Assembly: GCA_964016885.1 (NCBI GenBank)
Contig: OZ024741.1
Span: forward strand, 316,696,001 to 316,760,000
Length of the DNA: 64,000 bases
Direction of reading: 5' to 3'
Origin: Eledone cirrhosa
Lineage: Eukaryota
Position numbers and translations under genes: made by a program. This document shows positions 39,001-53,727 of the stretch, in pieces. The notes below the pieces were generated by a model. It ran no database searches. It saw only the letters and a program-made list of their open reading frames with translations, and was not told the DNA's origin. Within the stretch, counting starts at the first letter, position 1, and every line of letters starts with the position of its first letter.

Positions 39001-42000
39001 AACCCCACCACCGACACTACGACCACCAACACCACCACCGACACTACGACCATCAACCCCACCACCGACACTACGACCACCAACCCCACCACCGACACTA
39101 CGACCACCAACCCCACCACCGACACTACGACCACCAACCCCACCACCGACACTACGACCATCAACCCCACCACCGACACTACGACCATCAAACCCACCAC
39201 CGACACTACGACCACCAACCCCACCACCGACACTACGACCACCAACCCCACCACCGACACTACGACCACCAACACCACCACCGACACTACGACCATCAAC
39301 CCCACCACCGACACTACGACCACCAACACCACCACCGACACTACGACCACCAACACCACCACCGCCACCACAACCACCAACCCCACCACCGACACTACGA
39401 CCACCAACACCACCACCGACACTACGACCATCAACCCCACCACCGACACTACGACCACCAACCCCACCACCGACACTACGACCACCAACCCCACCACCGA
39501 CACTACGACCACCAACCCCACCACCGACACTACGACCATCAACCCCACCACCGACACTACGACCATCAACACCACCACCGACACTACGACCACCAACACC
39601 ACCACCGACACTACGACCATCAACCCCACCATCGACACTACGACCATCAACCCCACCAGCGACACTACGACCACCAACACCACCACCGACACTACGACCA
39701 TCAACCCCACCACCGACACTACGACCACCAACCCCACCACCGACACTACGACCACCAACCCCACCACCGACACTACGACCACCAACGCCACCACCGACAC
39801 TACGACCACGAACACCACCACCGACACTACGACCATCAACACCACCACCGACACTACGACCACCAACACCACCACCGACACTACGACCATCAAACCCACC
39901 ACCGACACTACGACCATCAACACCACCACCGACACTACGACCACCAACACCACCACCGACACTACGACCATCAACCCCACCACCGACACTACGACCACCA
40001 ACACCACCACCGACACTACGACCATCAACCCCACCACCGACACTACGACCACGAACACCACCACCGACACTACGACCACCAACACCACCACCGACACTAC
40101 GACCACCAACACCACCACCGACACTACGACCATCAACCCCACCACCGACACTGCGACCACCAACCCCACCACCGACACTACGACCAACGACACTACGCCC
40201 ACCAACGCCACCACCGACACTACGACCACCAACACCACCACCGACACTACGACCATCAACCCCACCACCGACACTACGACCACCAACACCACCACCGACA
40301 CTACGACCACCAACACCACCACCGACACTACGACCATCAACCCCACCACCGACACTACGACCACCAACACCACCACCGACACTACGACCATCAACCCCAC
40401 CACCGACACTACGACCATCAACACAACCACCGACACTACGACCATCAACACAAGCACCGACACTACGACCATCAACGCCACCACCGACACTACGACCACC
40501 AACACCACCACCGACACTACGACCATCAACCCCACCACCGACACTACGACCATCAACCCCACCACCGACACTACGACCATCAACCCCACCACCGACACTA
40601 CGACCATCAACACCACCACCGACACTACGACCATCAACACCACCACCGACACTACGACCATCAACACCACCACCGACACTACGACCATCAACGCCACCAC
40701 CGACACTACGACCATCAACACCACCACCGACACTACGACTATCAACCCCACCACCGACACTACGACCATCAACACCACCACCGACACTACGACTATCAAC
40801 CCCACCACCGACACTACGACCACCAACACCACCACCGACACTACGACCATCAACACCACCACCGACACTACGACTATCAACAACACCACCGACACTACGA
40901 CCATCAACACGACCACCGACACTACGACCATCAACACCACCACCGACACTACGACCACCAACCCCACCACCGACACTACGACCACCAACACCACCACCGA
41001 CACTACGACCATCAACGCCACCACCGACACTACGACCATCAAGGCCACCACCGACACTACGACCACCAACCGCACCACCGACACTACGACCATCAACCCC
41101 ACCACCGACACTACGACCATCAACCCCACCACCGACACTACGACCACCAACCCCACCACCGACACTACGACCACCAACCCCACCACCGACACTACGACCA
41201 CCAACCCCACCACCGACACTACGACCACCAACCCCACCACCGACACTACGACCATCAACCCCACCACCGACACTACGACCACCAACACCACCACCGACAC
41301 TACGACCACCAACACCACCACCGACACTACGACCATCAACACCACCACCGACACTACGACCATCAACCCCACCACCGACACTACGACCATCAACACCACC
41401 ACCGACATTACGACCATCAACACCACCACCGGCACTACGACCACCAACACCACCACCGACACTACGACCATCAACACAACCACCGACACTACGACCATCA
41501 ACGCCACCACCGACACTACGACCACCAACACCACCACCGACACTACGACCATCAACCCCACCACCGACACTACGACCATCAACACCACCACCGACATTAC
41601 GACCATCAACACCACCACCGACACTACGACCATCAACACCACCACCGACACTACGACCATCGACACCACCACCGACACTACGACCACCAACACCACCACC
41701 GACACTTCGACCATCAACACCACCACCGACACTACGACCATCAGCACCACCACCGACACTACGACCACCAACCCCACCACCGACACTACGACCACCAACA
41801 CCACCACCGACACTACGACCATCAACACCACCACCGACAATACGACCATCAACACCACCACCGACACTACGACCATCAACGCCACCACCGACACTACGAC
41901 CACCAACACCACCACCGACACTACGACCATCAACCCCACCACCGACACTACGACCACCAACACCACCACCGACACTACGACCATCAACACCACCACCGAC

Positions 42001-45000
42001 AATACGACCATCAACACCACCACCGACACTACGACCATCAACGCCACCACCGACACTACGACCACCAACACCACCACCGACACTACGACCACCAACCCCA
42101 GCACCGACACTACGACCACCAACACCACCACCGACACTACGACCATCAACACCACCACCGACAATACGACCATCAACACCACCACCGACACTACGACCAT
42201 CAACGCCACCACCGACACTACGACCACCAACACCACCACCGACAATACGACCATCAACACCACCACCGACACTACGACCATCAACCCCACCACCGACACT
42301 ACGACCATCAACACCACCACCGACACTACGACCATCAACCCCACCACCGACACTACGACCATCAACCCCACCACCGACACTACGACCACCAACACCACCA
42401 CCGACACTACGACCATCAAGACCACCACCGACACTACGACCATCAACCCCACCACCGACACTACGACCATCAACACCACCACCGACACTACGACCATCAA
42501 CCCCACCACCGACACTACGACCACCAACCCCACCACCGACACTACGACCACCAACACCACCACCGACACTACGACCATCAAGACCACCACCGACACTACG
42601 ACCACCAACACCACCACCGACACTACGACCATCAACCCCACCACCGACACTACGACCATCAACGCCACCACCGACACTACGACCACCAACACCACCACCG
42701 ACACTACGACCATCAACACCACCACCGACACTACGACCATCAACACCACCACCGACACTACGACCACCAACCCCACCACCGACACTACGACCATCAACCC
42801 CACCACCGACACTACGACCACCAACCCCACCACCGACACTACGACCACCAACCCCACCACCGACACTACGACCACCAACCCCACCACCGACACTACGACC
42901 ACCAACCCCACCACCGACACTACGACCATCAACGCCACCACCGACACTACGACCACCAACACCACCACCGACACTACGACCACCAACACCACCACCGACA
43001 CTACGACCACCAACCCCACCACCGACACTACGACCACCAACCCCACCACCGACACTACGACCACCAACCCCACCACCGACACTACGACCATCAACGCCAC
43101 CACCGACACTACGACCACCAACACCACCACCGACACTACGACCACCAACACCACCACCGACACTACGACCACCAACCCCACCACCGACACTACGACCACC
43201 AACCCCACCACCGACACTACGACCACCAACCCCACCACCGACACTACGACCATCAACGCCACCACCGACACTACGACCATCAACACCACCACCGACACTA
43301 CGACCACCAACACCACCACCGACACTACGACCACCAACACCACCACCGACACTACGACCATCAACACCACCACCGACACTACGACCATCAACGCCACCAC
43401 CGACACTACGACCATCAACGCCACCACCGACACTACGACCACCAACACCACCACCGACACTACGACCACCAACCCCACCACCGACACTACGACCACCAGC
43501 CCCACCACCGACACTACGACCATCAACACCACCACCGACACTACGACCATCAACCCCACCACCGACACTACGACCATCAACACCACCACCGACATTACGA
43601 CCATCAACACCACCACCGACACTACGACCACCAACACCACCACCGACACTACGACCACCAACACCACCACCGACACTACGACCACCAACACCACCACCGA
43701 CACTACGACCACCAACACCACCACCGACACTACGACCACCAACACCACCACCGACACTACGACCATCAACACAACCACCGACACTACGACCACCAACCCC
43801 ACCACCGACCTACGACCACCAACACCACCACCGACATTACGACCATCAACACCACCACCGACACTACGACCAACACCACAACCGACACTACGACCATCAA
43901 CCCCACCACCGACACTACGACCACCAACACCACCACCGACACTACGACCACCAACACCACCACCGACACCACAACCACCAACCCCACCACCGACACTACG
44001 ACCACCAACACCACCACCGACACTACGACCACCAACACCACCACAGACACTACGACCACCAACCCCACCACCGACACTACGACCACCAACACCACCACCG
44101 ACACTACGACCACCAACCCCACCACCGACACTACGACCACCAACCCCACCACCGACACTACGACCATCAACCCCACCACCGACACTACGACCACCAACCC
44201 CACCACCCACACTACGACCACCAACACCACCACCGACACTACGACCACCAACCCCACCACCGACACTACGACCATCAACGCCACCACCGACACTACGACC
44301 ATCAACCCCACCACCGACACTACGACCACCAACACCACCACCGACACTACGACCATCAACGCCACCACCGACACTACGACCATCAACCCCACCACCGACA
44401 CTACGACCACCAACACCACCACCGACACTACGACCATCAACGCCACCACCGACACTACGACCATCAACGCCACCACCGACACTACGACCACCAACCCCAC
44501 CACCGACACTACGACCACCAACCCCACCACCGACACTACGACCATCAACCCCACCACCGACCTACGACCACCAACCCCACCACCGACACTACGACCACCA
44601 ACCCCACCACCGACCTACGACCACCAACACCACCACCGACATTACGACCATCAACACCACCACCGACACTACGACCAACACCACAACCGACACTACGACC
44701 ATCAACCCTACCACCGACACTACGACCACCAACGCCACCACCGACACTACGACCACCAACACCACCACCGACACTACGACCACCAACACCACCACCGACA
44801 CTACGACCACCAACACCACCACCGACACTACGACCATCAACGCCACCACCGACACTACGACCATCAACCCCACCACCGACACTACGACCACCAACGCCAC
44901 CACCGACACTACGACCACCAACACCACCACCGACACTACGACCACCAACCCCACCACCGACACTACGACCATCAACACCACCACCGACACTACGACCACC

Positions 45001-48000
45001 AACACCACCACCGACACTACGACCACCAACACCACCACCGACACTACGACCACCAACCCCACCATCGACACTACGACCACCAACACCACCACCGACACTA
45101 CGACCACCAACACCACCACCGACACTACGACCATCAACGCCACCACCGACACTACGACCACCAACACCACCACCGACACTACGACCACCAACACCACCAC
45201 CGACACTACGACCATCAATCCCACCACGGACACTACGACCACCAACCCCACCACCGACACTACGACCACCAACACCACCACCGACACCACAACCACCAAC
45301 CCCACCATCGACACTACGACCATCAACGCCACCACCGACACTACGACCACCAACACCACCACCGACACTACGACCATCAACGCCACCACCGACACTACGA
45401 CCACCAACACCACCACCGACACCACAACCACCAACCCCACCACCGACACTACGACCATCAACACCACCACCGACACTACGACCATCAACACCACCACCGA
45501 CACTACGACCACCAACCCCACCACCGACACTACGACCACCAACACCACCACCGACACTACGACCATCAACGCCACCACCGACACTACGACCATCAACCCC
45601 ACCACCGACACTACGACCATCAACACCACCACCGACATTACGACCATCAACACCACCACCGAAACTACTACCAACACCACAACCGACACTACGACCATCA
45701 AACCCACCACCGACACTACGACCACCAACACCACCACCGACACTACGACCACCAACCCCACCACCGACACTACGACCACCAACCCCACCACCGACACTAC
45801 GACCATCAACACCACCACCGACATTACGACCATCAACACCACCACCGAAACTACTACCAACACCACCACCGACACTACGACCACCAACCCCACCACCGAC
45901 ACTACGACCACCAACCCCACCACCGACACTACGACCATCAACCCCACCACCGACACTACGACCACCAACACCACCACCGACACCACAACCACCAACGCCA
46001 CCACCGACACTACGACCACCAACACCACCACCGACACTACGACCACCAACACCACCACCGACACTACGACCACCAACCCCACCACCGACACTACGACCAC
46101 CAACCCCACCACCGACACTACGACCATCAACCCCACCACCGACACTACGACCACCAACGCCACCACCGACACTACGACCACCAACACCACCACCGACACT
46201 ACGACCACCAACACCACCACCGACACTACGACCACCAACACCACCACCGACACTACGACCACCAACACCACCACCGACACTACGACCACCAACCCCACCA
46301 CCGACACTACGACCACCAACACCACCACCGACACTACGACCACCAACACCACCACCGACACTACGACCACCAACACCACCACCGACACTACGACCACCAA
46401 CACCACCACCGACACTACGACCACCAACACCACCACCGACACTACGACCACCAACACCACCACCGACACTACGACCACCAACACCACCACCGACACTACG
46501 ACCACCAACACAACCACCGACACTACGACCACCAACACCACCACCGACACTACGACCACCAACACCACCACCGACACTACGACCACCAACCCCACCACCG
46601 ACACTACGACCACCAACACCACCACCGACACTACGACCACCAACCCCACCACCGACACTACGACCACCAACCCCACCACCGACACTACGACCACCAACAC
46701 CACCACCGACACTACGACCATCAACGCCACCACCGACACTACGACCATCAACACCACCACCGACACTACGACTATCAACCCCACCACCGACACTACGACC
46801 ATCAACACCACCACCGACACTACGACTATCAACCCCACCACCGACACTACGACCATCAACCCCACCACCGACACTACGACCACCAACCCCACCACCGACA
46901 CTACAACCACCAACACCACCACCGACACTACGACCATCAACACCACCACCGACACTACGACTATCAACAACACCACCGACACTACGACCATCAACCCCAC
47001 CACCGACACTACGACCATCAACACCACCACCGACACTACGACTATCAACCCCACCACCGACACTACGACCACCAACACCACCACCGACACTACGACCATC
47101 AACACCACCACCGACACTACGACTATCAACACCACCACCGACACTACGACCATCAACGCCACCACCGACACTACGACCATCAAGGCCACCACCGACACTA
47201 CGACCACCAACCCCACCACCGACACTACGACCATCAACCCCACCACCGACACCACAACCATCAACACCACCACCGACACTACGACCGTCAACCCCACCAC
47301 CGACACTACGACCACCAACACCACCACCGACACTACGACCACCAACACCACCACCGACACTACGACCACCAACCCCACCACCGACACTACGACCACCAAC
47401 CCCACCACCGACACTACGACCACCAACACCACCACCGACACTACGACCATCAACGCCACCACCGACACTACGACCATCAAGGCCACCACCGACACTACGA
47501 CCACCAACCCCACCACCGACACTACGACCATCAACCCCACCACCGACACTACGACCATCAACCCCACCACCGACACTACGACCACCAACACCACCACCGA
47601 CACTACGACCATCAACACCACCACCGGCACTACGACCACCAACACCACCACCGACACTACGACCATCAACACAACCACCGACACTACGACCATCAACGCC
47701 ACCACCGACACTACGACCACCAACACCACCACCGACACTACGACCATCAACCCCACCACCGACACTACGACCATCAACACCACCAACGACATTACGACCA
47801 TCAACACCACCACCGACACTACGACCATCAACACCACCACCGACACTACGACCATCAACACCACCACCGACACTACGACCATCAACACCACCACCGACAC
47901 TACGACCATCAACACCACCACCGACACTACGACCATCAACCCCACCACCGACACTACGACCATCAACCCCACCACCGACACTACGACCATCAACACCACC

Positions 48001-49683
48001 ACCGACACTACGACCATCAACACCACCACCGACACTACGACCATCAACACCACCACCGACACTACGACCATCAACACCACCACCGACACTACGACCATCA
48101 ACACCACCACCGACACTACGACCATCAACACCACCACCGACACTACGACCATCAACCCCACCACCGACACTACGACCATCAACCCCACCACCGACACTAC
48201 GACCATCAACACCACCACCGACACTACGACCATCAACACCACCACCGACACTACGACCATCAACACCACCACCGACACTACGACCATCAACACCACCACC
48301 GACACTACGACCATCAACACCACCACCGACACTACGACCATCAACCCCACCACCGACACTACGACCATCAACCCCACCACCGACACTACGACCATCATTA
48401 CCACCACCGACACTACGACCATCAACACCACCACCGACACTACGACCATCAACACCACCACCGACACTACGACCATCAACACCACCACCGACACTACGAC
48501 CATCAACACCACCACCGACACTACGACCATCAACACCACCACCGACACTACGACCACCAACACCACCACCGACACTTCGACCATCAACACCACCACCGAC
48601 ACTACGACCATCAACACCACCACCGACACTACGACCACCAACCCCACCACCGACACTACGACCACCAACACCACCACCGACACTACGACCATCAACCGCA
48701 CCACCGACACTACGACCACCAACCCCACCACCGACACTACGACCACCAACACTACGACCATCAACACCACCACCGACATTACGACCATCAACACCACCAC
48801 CGACACTACGACCATCAACACCACCACCGACACTACGACCATCAACACCACCACCGACACTACGACCACCAACCCCACCACCGACACTACGACCACCAAC
48901 ACCACCACCGACACTACGACCATCAACCGCACCACCGACACTACGACCACCAACACCACCACCGACACTACAACCATCAACCGCACCACCGACACTACGA
49001 CTACCAACACCACCACCGACACTACGACCACCAACACCACCACCGACACTACGACCATCAACCCCACCACCGACACTACGACCACCAACACCACCACCGA
49101 CACTACGACCACCAACACCACCACCGACACTACGACCACCAACCGCACCACCGACACTACAACCATCATCACCACCACCGACACTACGACCACCAACCCC
49201 ACCACCGACACTACGACCATCAACCCCACCACCGACACTACGACCACCAACACCACCACCGACACTACGACCATCAACACCACCACCGACACTACGACCA
49301 TCAACCCCACCACCGACACTACGACCACCAACACCACCACCGACACTACGACCATCAACCCCACCACCGACACTACGACCATCAACCCCACCACCGACAC
49401 CACAACCATCAACACCACCACCGACACTACGACCACCAACACCACCACAGACACTACGACCATCAACCCCACCACCGACACTACGACCATCATCACCACC
49501 ACCGACACTACGACCATCATCACCATCACCGACACTACGACCACCAACACTACCACCGACACTACGACCACCAACCCCACCATCGACACTACGCCCACCA
49601 ACACCACCACCGACACTACGACCACCAACCCCACCATCGACACTACGACCACCAACCCCACCATCGACACTACGCCCACCAAC
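24091..49683 (+). repeat. ~26-kb tandem array of 27-bp unit AAC(A/C/G)CCACCACCGACACTACGACCA(C/T)C, roughly 950 copies
   Basis: Highly homogeneous 27-bp period read directly, with two common variable sites and rare 15- and 24-bp units. Confidence 0.98.
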
Positions 49684-49797
49684 ACAGCGGACAGAATGGA
49701 GAAGGCGTTTCCCCGGAGGGAGATTCGCTGGAAGAACCTTTTCCATACCAAACCACCTAGAACTGGATCATACAATCAACAATCAGGCTTAAGTTAA
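34249..49797 (+). other. Mucin-like Thr-rich open frame (NTTTDTTTI repeats) with a short unique C-terminal tail; coding status unproven
   Basis: Frame stays open through the array into ~36 non-repetitive codons (ADRMEKAF...QQSGLS*). However, the unit is stop-free in all three plus frames, and 1-bp deletions switch the reading register. Confidence 0.25.
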
Positions 49798-49912
49798 TGT
49801 GTTTATATTTACCGTTTTCTGTCATAGTTTAAGTAAGAAGGTGTCGGTCCACCAGTCGCTCCCCATCTCTCTCTTTCACACACACACACGTACACATAAA
49901 CATATTATCTAT

Positions 49913-50836
49913 AGCCTTCTCGCAGGCGGACCCGGAGATCTGTGGAGACTCCACTTCGTCATTCTATAGAGGGTTGATCCGCAGCAAGTGCGGCGACTCG
50001 CTCGGAGAATCTCTAGGCATAGAGGAAGACGAACTGGCCAGTCTGTTCGGTAAGACCCTCCGCCCGGCACCGATGGACAACTTCCAAAAGTCCCTGGCCT
50101 GGAAGTGTTACTGAGGAGCTCTACCAGTTCGAAACAAGCTCTACAGACATGAGCGTCCGGGCAGGGACCCCTCGAAAAAGATCTGTCCGAGTTGCGTGCG
50201 AGATGAAGAAACCGTCGCGCCCGCATTCATACACTGCCCGGGAGTTACCGACATGTGGGGCTATGTAGAAGGACTATTCTCGCGGGTGGAACTAATCCGG
50301 TTGACCACTGAGTCCATTGTCATAATCAAACTGCCACCCTGCTTCAAAAAGGAAGGAGAGGCGGTTTTCCTTTGTGTGATAGCTATGGCGAAAGAGGTTG
50401 TATGGTGGACAAGGTTGAAAGGGCTGAGGTCAGACACCTTTCTCTCCGGCCAACAACTGATTCTTTTTTTCAAATACCACTTTGGATGAAGAATCAGGAT
50501 GGAGAGAGAGGTGCTGTACCCCAGCAAGTTTTATGAAAGGTGGGTGAAAGTGGCGAGAATGGCCCGAGTGAATGGGCCTTCTCTCTATATCACCCTGTAA
50601 GTTGAGGAAAAAGAGGAAGAGAGGAAAGGGGTACAAACTCTTCGTACTCCTGGAGATGAGTGTTGCCCATTTTTTCGGGGGTATGTGTTACTCATATGAA
50701 ATGTCTCACCCTATTGAGGAAAATCGATTAATTTTTAAATTGCATTTGTGATAGTATTTTACACGGTTTTATTGTATGTAAACTTCCCCCTTTGTATTTG
50801 TTCCCTTCTTTTGTGCCCCTGTGGCTATTAAAGAAA
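49913..50836 (+). mobile_element. 5'-truncated Tx1-family copy A (3' ~0.9 kb, decayed)
   Basis: Colinear with the 3' end of ORF2 (DEETVA..HC, AMAKEVVWWTRLKGLRS) and the 3'UTR of the intact copy. Ends ATTAAAGAAA; TSD-like CATATTATCTAT (49901-49912) / CATATCTATCTAT (50837-50849). Confidence 0.92.
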
Positions 50837-50907
50837 CATATCTATCTATTTATGTCTTGTTGTTCCTGTTGTTGTTGTTGTTGATATTGATGTCTTTCTA
50901 TCTATCT

Positions 50908-51718
50908 TGGCACATCGAATGTGCTCAGGCGCTCACAGTCCTCTGGCAAACGGACCCGGCGATCACTGGAGACTCCACTTCGTCATTCTATAGAGGGTTG
51001 GTACGCAGCAAGTGCAACGACGCGCTCGGAGAAACTCTGGGCGTAGAGGAGGACGAACTGGCCAGTTTGTTCGGTAGGACCTTCCGCCCGGGACCGATGG
51101 ACAACTTCCAAAAGTCCCTGGCCTGGCAGTGCTACCGAGGAGCTCTACCAGTTCGAGACAAGCTCCACAGACACGGGAGCTCGGGCAGGGACCCTTCGAA
51201 AAATATCTGTCCGAGATGCGTGCGCGACGAGGAAACCGTCGCACGCGCATTTGTACACTGCCCGGACGTCACCGACCTGTGGGGCGGGGCTATGTAGAAC
51301 GACTATTGTCACGGGTGGGACCAATCCAGTTGACTACCGCTGAATAACTGACGCGTTTTTTCAAATATCATTTTGGAAGAAGAATCAGGATAGAGAGAGG
51401 TGCTGTACCCCAGCAAATTTTATGCAAGGTGGGTGAATGTGGGAAAGATGGCCCGAGTGGTTGGGCCTTCTATCTATATAAGCCTGTAGGTTGAGGAAAA
51501 AGAGGAAGAGAGGAAGGGAGTACTCACTCTTGGTGCTCCTGGAGATGAGGGTTGTACATTTTTTCGGGGTGTGTACAACCCCTGTGTAACGCCTCCTCCT
51601 ATTGGGGATTTCAATTGTTATTTGTTACTTTATTAATAGTTTTATTTTCATATACCTGTATGAAACTCCCCATTTCTATTTGTCCCCTTCTTTTGTGCCC
51701 TTGTGGCTAATAAAGAAA
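50908..51718 (+). mobile_element. 5'-truncated Tx1-family copy B (decayed, internal deletion near 51345)
   Basis: Starts WHIECAQAL; contains PMDNFQKSLAWQCYRGALPVR and CPRC..ETVA. Ends AATAAAGAAA; flanked by TCTATCTATCT (5') and TTTATCTATCT (3'). Confidence 0.92.
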
Positions 51719-51740
51719 TTTATCTATCTATCTATCTATC
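51719..51740. repeat. (TATC)n microsatellite separating copies B and C
   Basis: TT(TATC)5 read directly. Confidence 0.95.
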
Positions 51741-51926
51741 GTTGATAGTGGACGTCTTTTACATCGGCTCTTCGATTTTGGATTACTACTTTGTTATTTG
51801 AATTTTATTATTATTGTTGACTCTAACCCCTCGCCTGGGACTGTAGACGTTGGGTAAATATATTTTCGCCCCTTTTTGGGGTGAAAAATCTTTAATTTAA
51901 AATATTTGTTGATATCGTTAAAAACG

Positions 51927-53692
51927 ATGAAGCCATATTGCAAGCTAACGCCACGCCCACCAAAAAAAAGCGAGAAAGTGGGAACAACAATTCAAACTGT
52001 TGAACTACCCCTCCTCTCGAATGGAAAAAACACTGTGAAAAAGTCTGTTAATTTGAGTGAAAACCCACATTTTGAAAAGGGTAACATGGAAAAAATACCA
52101 CAACAAATGGAATTAATAAAACCAACAACATTGCAACAACAAACAATGAACGAAACGAAAACAACAAAAACAGCAACATTTCTTTTGGCCAAACAGTAAA
52201 AAAAAACGATCGAATACAAACCCATAGACATTACTAACGCTAAGCAAAACTTATTAAATGCCAGAAAATACGTATCTTTTAGGGAGGATGGTTCTTTTAC
52301 AATCAACTCCCCAGAAGAAGTACGTCAACAGGCATATAGGAATACTATAACTTTCAGGACTATATCCAACGCAACAAGAAAACCAACTCAATTGACAGAA
52401 AGTCAAATTGAGCTGGTTCTGAAAGACATTATAAAGGACATACTCTTTATTGAAAGAGGAAAGCTTTATGCCAGCATTATGGTCCGAATGAAGGACCAAA
52501 TGCTGACTCGAAAATGCTCGGTGGCACCTATAGTGTCACCACAATACACCTTCTTCCCCACATATATGGGAAGAAGAACGCAAATATTAAGAATGTGGAG
52601 CTCAACGCCAGAAGTAGACATCTGGTCCGTCCTGACAGGATTCACGGACCTAGAAAAGGACATTCTAATATCAGCAGGTGAGTCCACCAGTGGACTGTTC
52701 GGGAAAAAAGTCTGGAGGTTCTCATACAGATGTCACCAGAGAGAATCGCCGGAATACCCGACCGAGTACTACTGGATGGTCGAACTTTCATTAATATTAC
52801 GGTGGAAGGCAGGAGGCCCTCATGTTACTACTGCACTGGCAGAGGTCACCTGAGGACTGCCTGCCCTCTACTAACAACAAAAAAACCACTGCTACAAACA
52901 CCACAACAACAACAAAAACAACCAACACCACCACCACAAAAACAACAAAATACACCACCACAAACCACAACGGCAACAAAAACCAACAACATCACCTCCA
53001 TCACCACCACCACAACAACAAAAACAAAAGACCACGAAACAAATCACAGTCACCCCCCCATACAGACACAGAAAACAAGCACAAATACACACACCAACAC
53101 AACACTACCACAAAATATCCCCCTACCCCCGAACACGGACGAAAACCTCCTTACATCATAGCATAGCGAAGATAAAGGAGAGCCGTTCCGACCAGTAAAA
53201 AGGAAAAAAAGGAAACATACCACTAACAGAAACCAAACAAACACAGAAGAAACCAACACAACACAAAGCACCCCTTCCCATTACACAACACTAACAGCGT
53301 CACAGAAAAAAACATTACAGTACACTTACATCAACAAACAAAACAAAAAACTGCTCAATATAATAAACAGTAACCCTTCGGTGCAAACCAAAGGGCCAAA
53401 TTTTAAGACAGTGGATGACTCTCCCTACCTCAAAATGATAAAGGTCCCCATGAACCTTTATCAAACTTTAAAAAACGTGTATAAAGAGGACGTGGGGCCC
53501 CCCTATAACAAACCGTTTAACCGCGTCCTCTTAAAAGGTTACCCCCCCCTCCTTAGACACCCACACGACTTCAAATACCCCAACCCCACCACACACTAAT
53601 ACCCCCACACCACCACAAACCACCACCCCACTCAACGACCCCCCACCCCCATGGAAGTTGCGCGGCCCGGACCCTGGGACGTAGAGAGGTAG
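51927..53692 (+). pseudogene. Disrupted ORF1 of copy C
   Basis: Fragments FFPTYMG, VEGRRPSCYYCTGRGHLRTAC, KVPMNLYQTLK..KEDVGPP lie in several frames; ATG context matches the intact copy; ends GAGAGGTAG. Confidence 0.85.
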
Positions 53693-53727
53693 GTGTATTT
53701 TCCTTTTTCTTCCCCTTCGCCGCCAAC

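Noticed and set aside
22868-49775. Huge minus-strand Val-rich and GGRSVGGGV ORFs and plus-strand PPTLRP ORFs
   Set aside because: Alternative frames of the stop-free 27-bp repeat; no independent coding evidence.
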